Below, piece by piece: positions 48,025 through 55,924 of a stretch of DNA of 56,426 nucleotides (position 1 is the stretch's first letter; each line of letters begins with the position of its first letter). The notes under the pieces are model-generated. The model did not search any database and had not been told where the DNA came from. It worked only from the letters and a program-made list of their open reading frames with translations. This stretch comes from a virus (taxonomy: Duplodnaviria > Caudoviricetes), in IMG/VR virus record IMGVR_UViG_3300045733_000287, positions 1-56,426 of that record; one strand, 5' to 3'. A program made the translations under genes and the position numbers.

Positions 48025-48440
48025 AAAATTGCTTTTACTTTTTGCCAGTAGTGATTATGCTTACTTTTACCATTCCAAACGATTGCGCCTGTTTTAAGAT
48101 CATTTGCCGGGTTATAGAAGTTCATGACAATCCAATACATCTGAATGCTTTTCGTTGAATCTAAGGCATCCGTTAACGTAAACGATTTGATTATTCCCTG
48201 TAACTTCAATATCCTGTTCACTTCGTTCAACATTACCGGCCTGATCTGAAGTAACCCCATAGCCTGTTCACCGAAATTCACCCGTAAAGGGTTGCCGCCT
48301 GATTCAACCTGGATTATCGCATTGAGTAGCCTTTGATCTTTTAACGGTTCTCTGTCCGCAATATAGATCACCGGGTTGGGTGGAGCTGTTAAACATTGGA
48401 AGTACAGGGTTAGAATTATAATTGTTATCATTTTCTTCAT
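48021..48440 (-). CDS. Lytic transglycosylase (SLT) with N-terminal hydrophobic signal
   Basis: AIIQVESGGNP..AMGLLQI..WNG. Confidence 0.85.
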   Translation of the reverse strand: MKKMITIIILTLYFQCLTAPPNPVIYIADREPLKDQRLLNAIIQVESGGNPLRVNFGEQAMGLLQIRPVMLNEVNRILKLQGIIKSFTLTDALDSTKSIQMYWIVMNFYNPANDLKTGAIVWNGKSKHNHYWQKVKAIL

Positions 48441-48468
48441 TACGGTTGTTTAAGTGAATAAATTCAAA

Positions 48469-48840
48469 TTAACTATTTGCATATTTTAGCAATATATCAG
48501 CATGGCACGGCTTATTTAAAGGACACCAGCAGGATAGATTCGCACCTTTTAAATCTTTTATATCGAGTTTGGCAAAATGATCTGACCAATACTGAAGATC
48601 CTTATTGTAAAATTGAGTTCCGATAAGTATCTTTTCAAATAAATAAATAACATCATCCAAATCACCAACATTATAGAAAACCCACGGACTTAATATTTTC
48701 CTGCGGTAGCTTGCATCAATATAAATGCAATCCCCATTTAATCTTATAGGATTCCCCCATTTTGTCGGACGGCCTACATAAATAGTTCCAAGTGGCTGGG
48801 TGTAATCCTTTGTCCGTTTTCGCTGAATTCTTTTTGCCAT
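48469..48840 (-). CDS. DUF4326 family protein
   Basis: YVGRPTKWGNP..LKGANLSCWCP..CHADIL. Confidence 0.85.
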   Translation of the reverse strand: MAKRIQRKRTKDYTQPLGTIYVGRPTKWGNPIRLNGDCIYIDASYRRKILSPWVFYNVGDLDDVIYLFEKILIGTQFYNKDLQYWSDHFAKLDIKDLKGANLSCWCPLNKPCHADILLKYANS

Positions 48841-48865
48841 TATTTCATTTTAGATTTGGTAAATA

Positions 48866-49051
48866 CTAATCTAACCAGGTATCTAAAACCTGTATTGTTT
48901 GTTTATACTGAAATATCTTTGGTTCCAGATTTCCTTTATGTGTTTCATGTAATTCTTTTGTGATTTGTCCTACTTTAAATGACTCAAAAGATTTATGTAG
49001 AGCTTTCTCATACCTTCGGAGTTGTTCGTTTAAAAGTTCTTTCGGAGTCAT
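48866..49051 (-). CDS. Hypothetical protein
   Basis: ORF track. Confidence 0.6.
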   Translation of the reverse strand: MTPKELLNEQLRRYEKALHKSFESFKVGQITKELHETHKGNLEPKIFQYKQTIQVLDTWLD

Positions 49052-49369
49052 TTCGCATATATTAAGTAAACAACTAAAATCAGGAGAGGAATTAATACCA
49101 CAAACCCCGCTTTTAACACGACTTTAATCTCGTTTTTCGTTTCAGTGTTATTGATGATATTTTCATCTTCATAAATGCCACAACACAAATCCGGTGTTCT
49201 TTCTTCTGTTTTCATTTTACTATCAGATTAATCAAATTCATAAAAAAACTTGTCAGTCCCCATGTAACCAGTCCGAGAACAATCGTTATTAAAATCATTA
49301 AGGCAATCGGTTTGCCGGTGTATTGATTCGTCTCCATGTCGAGGGGTTCGTTAGTGAGTTGCATATTGT

Positions 49370-50308
49370 TTATTTTGACTTGTTGAAAAACTCACTAAAA
49401 GACTTATTTCCATATTCCCCTTTTGTTACTTTTATCATTTCAACAATAGTGTATTTCTTCTGCTTATTCTTAAGTCTGTTTGATACGAAGTCTTTTGTAC
49501 CGAATGAACAGGCTCCGGTAATTACTCTGTAACACATTATCGCATCCTCGAAAGAAAGAGAGTCAGTAAGTTTTAAGTGCTTATAATCATCTTTTGTCCT
49601 GTTGCTGATCTTGAACATCAAATCGGACTTTGCTTCTTTTAATGTCTCTCCGTGCGACCACTTGCCATTACCATCAGTAACTAAATAAAAAATCTCTTTT
49701 TCTCCGATTTTGCGCACATGGTAAACATTGCCTCTGTGACTTATTACTTCTGTGAAAATTCCGTCAGCCAATAAGTATTTCCCGTCCTGCCATGATAATA
49801 AATATCCGCTTGGTAATTTTTTGTAAGTGGCTTTCAATTGGCTACTCAGGTAAAGAGAGCCGCCAACGGTAGGGTTGAATCCTTCAGGGATGCTTGTCAG
49901 TCTCCTCAGGTAAAGAGAGCCGCCAACGGTAGGGTTGAATCCTTCAGGGATGCTTGTCAGGCTACTCAGGTCAAGAGAGCCGCCAACGGTAGGGTTGAAT
50001 CCTTCAGGGATGCTTGTCAGGCTACTCAGGTCAAGAGAGCCGCCAACGGTAGGGTTGAATCCTTCAGGGATGCTTGTCAGGCTCCTCAGGTAAAGAGAGC
50101 CGCCAACGGTAGGGTTGAATCCTTCAGGGATGCTTGTCAGTCTCCTCAGGTAAAGAGAGCCGCCAACGGTAGGGTTGAAGCCCTCAGGGATTGATGTCAG
50201 TCTCCTCAGGTAAAGAGAGCCGCCAACTTTTTCTTTGCCGTAAAATTGAGCGATTGTGATATTTGCTCTACTGCAAAAATCTTTAATTAATTGTGTTGCT
50301 TTTTTCAT
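49370..50308 (-). CDS. LRR-like 20-aa repeat protein with a globular C-terminal domain
   Basis: (VGGSL[YD]L[RS][RS]LTSIPEGFNPT) x6.5; YRVITGAC..GT. Confidence 0.85.
   Translation of the reverse strand: MKKATQLIKDFCSRANITIAQFYGKEKVGGSLYLRRLTSIPEGFNPTVGGSLYLRRLTSIPEGFNPTVGGSLYLRSLTSIPEGFNPTVGGSLDLSSLTSIPEGFNPTVGGSLDLSSLTSIPEGFNPTVGGSLYLRRLTSIPEGFNPTVGGSLYLSSQLKATYKKLPSGYLLSWQDGKYLLADGIFTEVISHRGNVYHVRKIGEKEIFYLVTDGNGKWSHGETLKEAKSDLMFKISNRTKDDYKHLKLTDSLSFEDAIMCYRVITGACSFGTKDFVSNRLKNKQKKYTIVEMIKVTKGEYGNKSFSEFFNKSK
49841..50227. repeat. 60-bp coding tandem repeat, about 6.5 units
   Basis: Units line up row by row in the 60-nt listing. Confidence 0.97.
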
Positions 50309-50325
50309 ATTATTCGGTTTTTAGA

Positions 50326-51009
50326 TTATTTTAAAAGTCGTGAAAGGTTAGTTTTACGGTCTATAACTGTGAATTTTTGAAGTTCATTAATCAGTGCCAG
50401 AAGTTTCTCTTTTGAGGGTTCGGGTAAATGATGACCTTTCGAGTCGGCTCCGATGTTAACACTAACGGGATTAGCCATTTTTATCAGTGTTACTAATTCG
50501 CTCAAATCGAAGTCCATGATCGGTTCCAGCGTAACTTGCTTGGAAAATTCAGAGATACAATTCATGGCATAAGACCTCTGGTCAGGACGGGGTGTATTTC
50601 CCATTTGTGGATATATACGATTAGTTTCAATAGTCGTGCAGAGAATTGATTTTGCCGGAAACTCTTTTATAACCGGGATGAACCGTTCGGGATTCTTTGT
50701 CTGGAATAAGTAAGTATTATCAAACTTTTTGCAGTGGTTAAAAACCTCATGAATCCAATGTTCCGGAATGCAGTGTTGAAACAAATCATTCTGAGCGACT
50801 ACAAAATAAGTATTTCCCTTACCTAGATTCTTTGATAATGCGTTGTAATCTAATCTCAATGGCCCGGAATACTTCACCCTTATTGTTTCCATTCTTTTCT
50901 TCCAGCTATGAGTCGAACAGTAAGTGCATTTATGAGAACACTCTCCCCCTAATGGGTTCCATGTTTTGAATCCCGGGTACATATTGCCGTTTGAATTATT
51001 TTGTTTCAT
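50326..51009 (-). CDS. DUF5131 (phage Gp37/Gp68-like) radical-SAM-like protein
   Basis: TWNP..GECSHKCTYC, DLF, QTKNPER, EP. Confidence 0.75.
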   Translation of the reverse strand: MKQNNSNGNMYPGFKTWNPLGGECSHKCTYCSTHSWKKRMETIRVKYSGPLRLDYNALSKNLGKGNTYFVVAQNDLFQHCIPEHWIHEVFNHCKKFDNTYLFQTKNPERFIPVIKEFPAKSILCTTIETNRIYPQMGNTPRPDQRSYAMNCISEFSKQVTLEPIMDFDLSELVTLIKMANPVSVNIGADSKGHHLPEPSKEKLLALINELQKFTVIDRKTNLSRLLK

Positions 51010-51239
51010 AATATCACGTATATTGATTTTGCTTTATCCACACTCTTAAATTTTACTTTCCCTTCACTGCGAAGCTCCCGGCATTTACGGAGTACCGTAT
51101 CAGGAAACACTTGCGGACGGTTAATTACTCTTGCTACCGTTGCAGTTAATCCTAATGTTGAGAAGCGATGACCCGGATACATTTCTACAAGCAACTCCTC
51201 AACGGCAGATCTTACTGATTGTTTCCCTTTTGGCTTCAT
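51006..51239 (-). CDS. Small winged-helix-like protein
   Basis: PDTVLRKCRELR..G..Y. Confidence 0.55.
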   Translation of the reverse strand: MKPKGKQSVRSAVEELLVEMYPGHRFSTLGLTATVARVINRPQVFPDTVLRKCRELRSEGKVKFKSVDKAKSIYVIL

Positions 51240-51637
51240 GATATTGATTTGATTAAATTTTCTTCTTCATATTCAAATAGGCTGACAACATAACATTCCA
51301 TAGTTTCAATTCTTTCGGGTTTACAGGTTTGGCTGAGAATAAAGTCAGCGGAGATTTCAAATACAGTCAGGTCCGTATAATTTCGATAACACCACTCCTG
51401 AATTCTTCCGTATTTTTCACCCGTCAAAGGATGTGCATGAACCACTTCATAAATGCACTCTATCACTCCATTTTTATAACAAGCAACATCAGGGACAAAT
51501 ATCATTTTGCCCTCAAAACAAAACGGCTTTTCAACCTCGCCATTAACCCATGATGCGAGTATCTTTACTGCGCTCTCATGATAGCCTGATTCGTTTTTCT
51601 TAAAACGGGGCTTCATCATCACTTTTACCTGATTCAT
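51236..51637 (-). CDS. PD-(D/E)XK-like nuclease fold protein
   Basis: E.YH..VEKP..FVPDV..YEVV..H. Confidence 0.55.
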   Translation of the reverse strand: MNQVKVMMKPRFKKNESGYHESAVKILASWVNGEVEKPFCFEGKMIFVPDVACYKNGVIECIYEVVHAHPLTGEKYGRIQEWCYRNYTDLTVFEISADFILSQTCKPERIETMECYVVSLFEYEEENLIKSIS

Positions 51638-53336
51638 AAAAATCTATTGTTTGTGGAATTGAAATTTCTTTTTGATTTAATGCCAGCCAGTTGCTTGAAT
51701 CATTTCCGGCCTGATTAAACCTGCCGGTCTCGTAATCATAATTCAATGATATAATTCCCTGCTTCCCTAGATGTTTATATTTAATTTTCTGGAAATAAAC
51801 ATTGACTTCATTTAACATTACATTTTCGTCTGTTGTCTTTCTGTGAACCGTAATGCCATAATCAGTCTTATTATAGAAATTTGCAGATCCGGAAATATCA
51901 TAAAGGCTCGGTACTTCAATTTTGCCGTCAACCTTATTCATTTTTTTCGGGTGTGCCACTAAGAAAATTAGCACATTATTGAATTTTGCAAATTGGATGA
52001 TCTGATCTAAGAACCTGCTTATATATTGAGTTTCAGAATCAGTGTATTTGTGTTCTAATTTGTTATAAGGATCTATAACCAAAACCTTAACCCCTCTTGT
52101 TTTTACCAATATCCGGGCAGAATCCAATATGCTTTTAACTGTGAAATCTTCTTCATTAAGTATATAAAAGAAGTTATTCCGGATATAATCATAAGCCATA
52201 TCCCATTCTAATTCATTGGTTTTGCTCTGGCTGAATTTTTTACCTATCAGTTTTTCAAACAGTTTGGCATAATGAAATTTCAAAGGATAGTTTTCCGGAG
52301 TAAAAAATGCAGCTTTCCACCCATGTTTAATATTTAGTTTAGTAACTATATAATCAACAAACTCCGACTTACCTGATGCGGGTATTCCTGTGACTATTGC
52401 CAGTCGTGAAGTCTCCCAACTTATCTGTTCATCTATAATTTTTTGATCTATTTTACTCCCTTCCTGGATTCCCTGTTCATAAAGATTCCGGATATCAGCA
52501 TATAAACTGTTTGTTTCAATTATTCCCTTTACCGGAACCGGAATAGCATTTGTAATAACATCTTTTATCCCGTCCCCGTATTTCTGAAGATATTCATTTG
52601 CATCCTTACAATCTTTGAATGATACAACATAACAGCGTTCCGGTCCAAGTCTCCGGATTAATTCCCCTTTTAACTCAATACCTTTTGTGTCCTGATCTGT
52701 TGCAATGAAAATCTTTTTGATTCCGGAAAACATTTCAATACATGAATCCAGGTATTCAAGATTCTTGTTTGCCCCATTTGGAACTGACATAGTATTATCA
52801 AACCCTGCTTGTATTAAGGTAAGTGCATCTATTTCACCCTCTACAATTATAACTTCATCAAACTTTGTAAGGCAATTAATATTCCAGAAAATAAGTTCAG
52901 CTCCGGAAACTAATTTAAAAGACTTTTGCGGACCCCTGAATTTTATATTGATTAGTTTGTCATTAAAGAAATAAGGGAAACAAATTACTGGAACATTTTT
53001 ACTAAATTGAGGCATAAATTCAACATCAGAATAAACCCGCATTTTAACAAGTGTACTCTGATTAATCATTCTACCTTCAAAATATTTAACTGCTTTATCT
53101 GTAAGTTCTGTTTTATTGGACCATTCAGGGTAAATATATTCTTTTGCTTCATGTGGACGGTATTCAAAAAAGGCTGCCATACAATTATGGCAATAACCCC
53201 GGTTATTCTGTTTATCCCATGACAGACATTTATCTGTTTTCTTTTTTCTTAAATGTGAACATTCCGGACAAAGGCTGGTTGATTTGTCGGGTTCATAATT
53301 ATATATTTGCTTTGTGACTGATGATTGAATTTTCAT
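51600..53336 (-). CDS. Primase-helicase (Zn ribbon + TOPRIM + SF4 helicase, T7 gp4/Twinkle-like)
   Basis: CPEC..CHNC; VEGEIDAL; ATDQD..G; KDANE; TGIPASGKS; VIDP; LVAHP; ISGSA. Confidence 0.92.
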   Translation of the reverse strand: MKIQSSVTKQIYNYEPDKSTSLCPECSHLRKKKTDKCLSWDKQNNRGYCHNCMAAFFEYRPHEAKEYIYPEWSNKTELTDKAVKYFEGRMINQSTLVKMRVYSDVEFMPQFSKNVPVICFPYFFNDKLINIKFRGPQKSFKLVSGAELIFWNINCLTKFDEVIIVEGEIDALTLIQAGFDNTMSVPNGANKNLEYLDSCIEMFSGIKKIFIATDQDTKGIELKGELIRRLGPERCYVVSFKDCKDANEYLQKYGDGIKDVITNAIPVPVKGIIETNSLYADIRNLYEQGIQEGSKIDQKIIDEQISWETSRLAIVTGIPASGKSEFVDYIVTKLNIKHGWKAAFFTPENYPLKFHYAKLFEKLIGKKFSQSKTNELEWDMAYDYIRNNFFYILNEEDFTVKSILDSARILVKTRGVKVLVIDPYNKLEHKYTDSETQYISRFLDQIIQFAKFNNVLIFLVAHPKKMNKVDGKIEVPSLYDISGSANFYNKTDYGITVHRKTTDENVMLNEVNVYFQKIKYKHLGKQGIISLNYDYETGRFNQAGNDSSNWLALNQKEISIPQTIDFYESGKSDDEAPF

Positions 53337-53953
53337 GGCATCATAAGTTTTTCAGGTTTTTTCTTATTCCGCTGTTCCCATGTTCTTATTGCTGATTGCC
53401 AGTCTTTCATTTTATCCTTACCTACCTTCCACCCCCTTGTTTGATACCAGTCATAGAAATAATTTGCATCTATTCCGTTATTTCTTTCTTTACAATATTT
53501 TGTAATCAAATAAATTGGAGGAGGTATAATATTCTTTTCATTCTTAATCATTCTTAATCCTTCTTGTTTGGGGGTAGTGTCCGTTTCCTCTCCGTTTACT
53601 TTGCGTTTACCTTTTGTTTCTTTTGCGTTTACCTCTATTTGGTAATTATCGTAATTACATACCGTTATCCGTGTACTAATTTGAATACTTTCGTATAGTA
53701 ACATGGAGTCTTTTTGTAATAACTCAAAAAACTCCTTAACTGTTTTCTTTGTTACATTCCAATCCCTTGCCCATGTTTCTAATGACCGCACGCTTTGCCC
53801 TCTTTTACACTCAATAAGATTGCCTTTAATTAATACTTTTGTATCAGCATGATTAACGGATAATAAAATATCTATCCACCACTGAAATCTATTCTGTGAC
53901 TTCCAAATCCAATGATCTTTGATTTTACGGTGTATCTTAATCCAGCCTTCCAT
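53333..53953 (-). CDS. Replication initiator / replisome organiser
   Basis: GWIKIHRKI.DHWIW..LA..W..ITVCNYD.YQ..F.D.Y...GW..MKDW.SA.RTW; start at ATG 53953. Confidence 0.8.
   Translation of the reverse strand: MEGWIKIHRKIKDHWIWKSQNRFQWWIDILLSVNHADTKVLIKGNLIECKRGQSVRSLETWARDWNVTKKTVKEFFELLQKDSMLLYESIQISTRITVCNYDNYQIEVNAKETKGKRKVNGEETDTTPKQEGLRMIKNEKNIIPPPIYLITKYCKERNNGIDANYFYDWYQTRGWKVGKDKMKDWQSAIRTWEQRNKKKPEKLMMP
53531..53636. repeat. Putative replication origin: five 11-bp-phased iterons plus 10-bp AT-rich repeats
   Basis: GTTT cores at 53583, 53594, 53605, 53616, 53627; TTCTTAATC-type repeats at 53531-53566. Confidence 0.6.
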
Positions 53954-53954
53954 G

Positions 53955-54077
53955 TTAAATAAGAATGCCCCCACAAGCAAAAGCCACTAAGGAACAGGGA
54001 CTAGCTGTTGAAACCTTTTGTGGCTCTGGTATGCCTGTGAGGGCAATATTTTTAAGTATGTAACTTACATCTTTCAT
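53955..54077 (-). CDS. 40-aa leader peptide upstream of the replication initiator
   Basis: Hand-translated MKDVSYILKNIALTGIPEPQKVSTASPCSLVAFACGGILI; stop 1 nt before the initiator ATG. Confidence 0.5.
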   Translation of the reverse strand: MKDVSYILKNIALTGIPEPQKVSTASPCSLVAFACGGILI

Positions 54078-54109
54078 TTAGTCCCTGTTAATCCAACGCA
54101 TCAAATTTA
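53966..54109 (-). promoter_or_regulatory. Promoter (-7 TAAATTTG) and structured 5' leader of the replication operon
   Basis: Exact TAnnTTTG at 54102-54109; ~22-bp hairpin; 11-nt inverted repeat. Confidence 0.6.
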
Positions 54110-54135
54110 TGAACAATAAATAACATATCCGAATA
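54009..54135. repeat. 127-bp exact direct repeat, copy 2
   Basis: Identical to 1-127. Confidence 0.95.
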
Positions 54136-54146
54136 ATATTAAACTT

Positions 54147-54548
54147 TTATTTCAAATATTCGCCAATGATTTTCTTACATTCGTCAAACCCGACACCGAA
54201 TTCCGCCTTATAACCTTTCTCCCTGAGTGCCTGGATCATCTGAAACTGCTCCGTTAGGTGATCTGTGGCCGGTTGTAATGACTTATTAAGTAGTTTCGTC
54301 CCTTCGACTTTGATCTCAATGAATAGACCGTGCCAGAATCTATTTGGAATGCCTTTATAATAACCACCGGGTTCCGCAATGAACAGATCAGGATAGCCTT
54401 TATTGCCTTGTATCGCTTTCATTTTCCCTGCCTGAGTTTTGGTATGATGAAGCCCGGCATAATCAAAATGAAAAATGACATTCGGAAATTGATATCTCAA
54501 ATACATGGATATTGCCTGACAAATCTGATATTCACGGTCGATTTTCAT
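54147..54548 (-). CDS. VRR-NUC family nuclease, allele B
   Basis: Homologue of 2001-2378 with an 8-aa insertion. Confidence 0.85.
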   Translation of the reverse strand: MKIDREYQICQAISMYLRYQFPNVIFHFDYAGLHHTKTQAGKMKAIQGNKGYPDLFIAEPGGYYKGIPNRFWHGLFIEIKVEGTKLLNKSLQPATDHLTEQFQMIQALREKGYKAEFGVGFDECKKIIGEYLK

Positions 54549-55365
54549 AATCTATTATATAATTTAATTTCATCCCTTTATATTTTTCCTGACTGACATT
54601 TGAAATCCACCAATCAAAAACATCATCAGCACTAACAAAATCAGCATATTTTCCCTTGTTCATTAATTCGGTAATAGACTTTTTAATTAACGCCTCAACT
54701 CTTGGATAATTCCTTCTATCCCTTTGTTTTGATTTTACAGTACAATTAGGACAAAACATACATCCAATTCTTGTATAGCCTTGATCATATAATTCGCAGT
54801 ATTCCATTTTACGGTTCCTGATGAAATTCCAAACGTCTGAATTTGTCCAGTTAATTATCGGAGAAAGTAATATCTTATCTTTGCCGTTTATACATAATAT
54901 CTGATCTTTGTTGTCGATATTAAACTGATCTAAACTATTTGAATATTTATGACCGGATATTTCCAGTTCGTTACGCTTTGCCCTTTTATTACTTTCTGCT
55001 TTTCTTATCCCTATAATAGTTACTGTATTTCCTCCTGATTGTTCTTTTAATTCCTTACAACAAAACCTCCGCATCATTGTAGGTAATGACTGATATTTTA
55101 TGATTAATTTATAAAAGTTCAAATCCGGTCTTTCAAAAATAACTTCGGGATATTTATTTCTGACAAATCGCATTAATTCAGGAGGGTCGATTGTCGTTAC
55201 TTGCATAACCGGACGAAATTTTACCTCTGCCATTTTACACAACTCATAAATAACTTGTGAATCCTTCCCGCCTGAAAAAGCCAAATGGAAACCATAATCC
55301 TGATATTTTAAAGCCAATGATTCTGCTTTTTGGATAGTCTGTATTGCAGTATCTATCTTATTCAT
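54532..55365 (-). CDS. PAPS/APS reductase family protein, allele B only
   Basis: FSGGKDS, RFCCKELKE, RIGCMFCP. Confidence 0.88.
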   Translation of the reverse strand: MNKIDTAIQTIQKAESLALKYQDYGFHLAFSGGKDSQVIYELCKMAEVKFRPVMQVTTIDPPELMRFVRNKYPEVIFERPDLNFYKLIIKYQSLPTMMRRFCCKELKEQSGGNTVTIIGIRKAESNKRAKRNELEISGHKYSNSLDQFNIDNKDQILCINGKDKILLSPIINWTNSDVWNFIRNRKMEYCELYDQGYTRIGCMFCPNCTVKSKQRDRRNYPRVEALIKKSITELMNKGKYADFVSADDVFDWWISNVSQEKYKGMKLNYIIDYENRP

Positions 55366-55386
55366 CTTTTCAGTTTTGAATTAACC

Positions 55387-55530
55387 CTATCTAAAATAAT
55401 CAATGACCTGCTCGGTTTTCTCCGCTTCAGCTTCATGCGGATCAGGAATAATATCGCTTTGATCGGTTCGGAAAATACTTTCAATAGAAAATTCATCTTC
55501 ATCTGTTTCGGGATAATGTTTGTGAGTCAT
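55387..55530 (-). CDS. Small acidic protein, allele B
   Basis: MTHKHYPETDEDEFS...; homologue of 2918-3058. Confidence 0.65.
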   Translation of the reverse strand: MTHKHYPETDEDEFSIESIFRTDQSDIIPDPHEAEAEKTEQVIDYFR

Positions 55531-55531
55531 T

Positions 55532-55921
55532 TTAATAGCCTGTTTTAGTCAGTCGCAATTCTTCTTTTTCAAAGGAAAGCAGCGACCGGAGGCCGTCAAT
55601 CTGATGAACACAACCCCTGTTAATTCTTTCAATCCAGTCAACTATGAAGGATTCTTCCTCACAGATCGAATCTAATAGGGCATTCTGTACCGTTGCAGAC
55701 AGATGGGAGGCTTTGGCTATCTTAATTATTGTCCTGCTTATTTCAGCAGTCTTTTTGCCTCTCAGGTCTTTCTTGGCTTGTGCCAGCATTTGCCCGGAAC
55801 GTGACATGTAACTCATCAGATTAGAAATTCTTTCTACCATTTCTTCAGGATCGCCTGAAACAACAATATCTAAATACGACTGAATTGTTTCGGCCTCTTT
55901 TTTAATGTCGTCTATATTCAT
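55532..55921 (-). CDS. Hypothetical helical phage protein, allele B
   Basis: Homologue of 3588-3977. Confidence 0.85.
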   Translation of the reverse strand: MNIDDIKKEAETIQSYLDIVVSGDPEEMVERISNLMSYMSRSGQMLAQAKKDLRGKKTAEISRTIIKIAKASHLSATVQNALLDSICEEESFIVDWIERINRGCVHQIDGLRSLLSFEKEELRLTKTGY

Positions 55922-55924
55922 AAT

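Larger units (their letters stand above)
1..54008. mobile_element. Probable complete circularly permuted tailed phage genome (siphovirus-like, Bacteroidota host)
   Basis: Terminase, portal, capsid, tail, lysis and replication genes all present; base 1 recurs at 54009. Confidence 0.9.

Noticed and set aside
49838-50194. Plus-strand 118-aa repeat ORF
   Set aside because: Antisense shadow of a stop-free repeat; no start context
49841-50227. CRISPR array
   Set aside because: Units are contiguous with no unique spacers, are a multiple of 3, and lie in a coding frame; no cas genes
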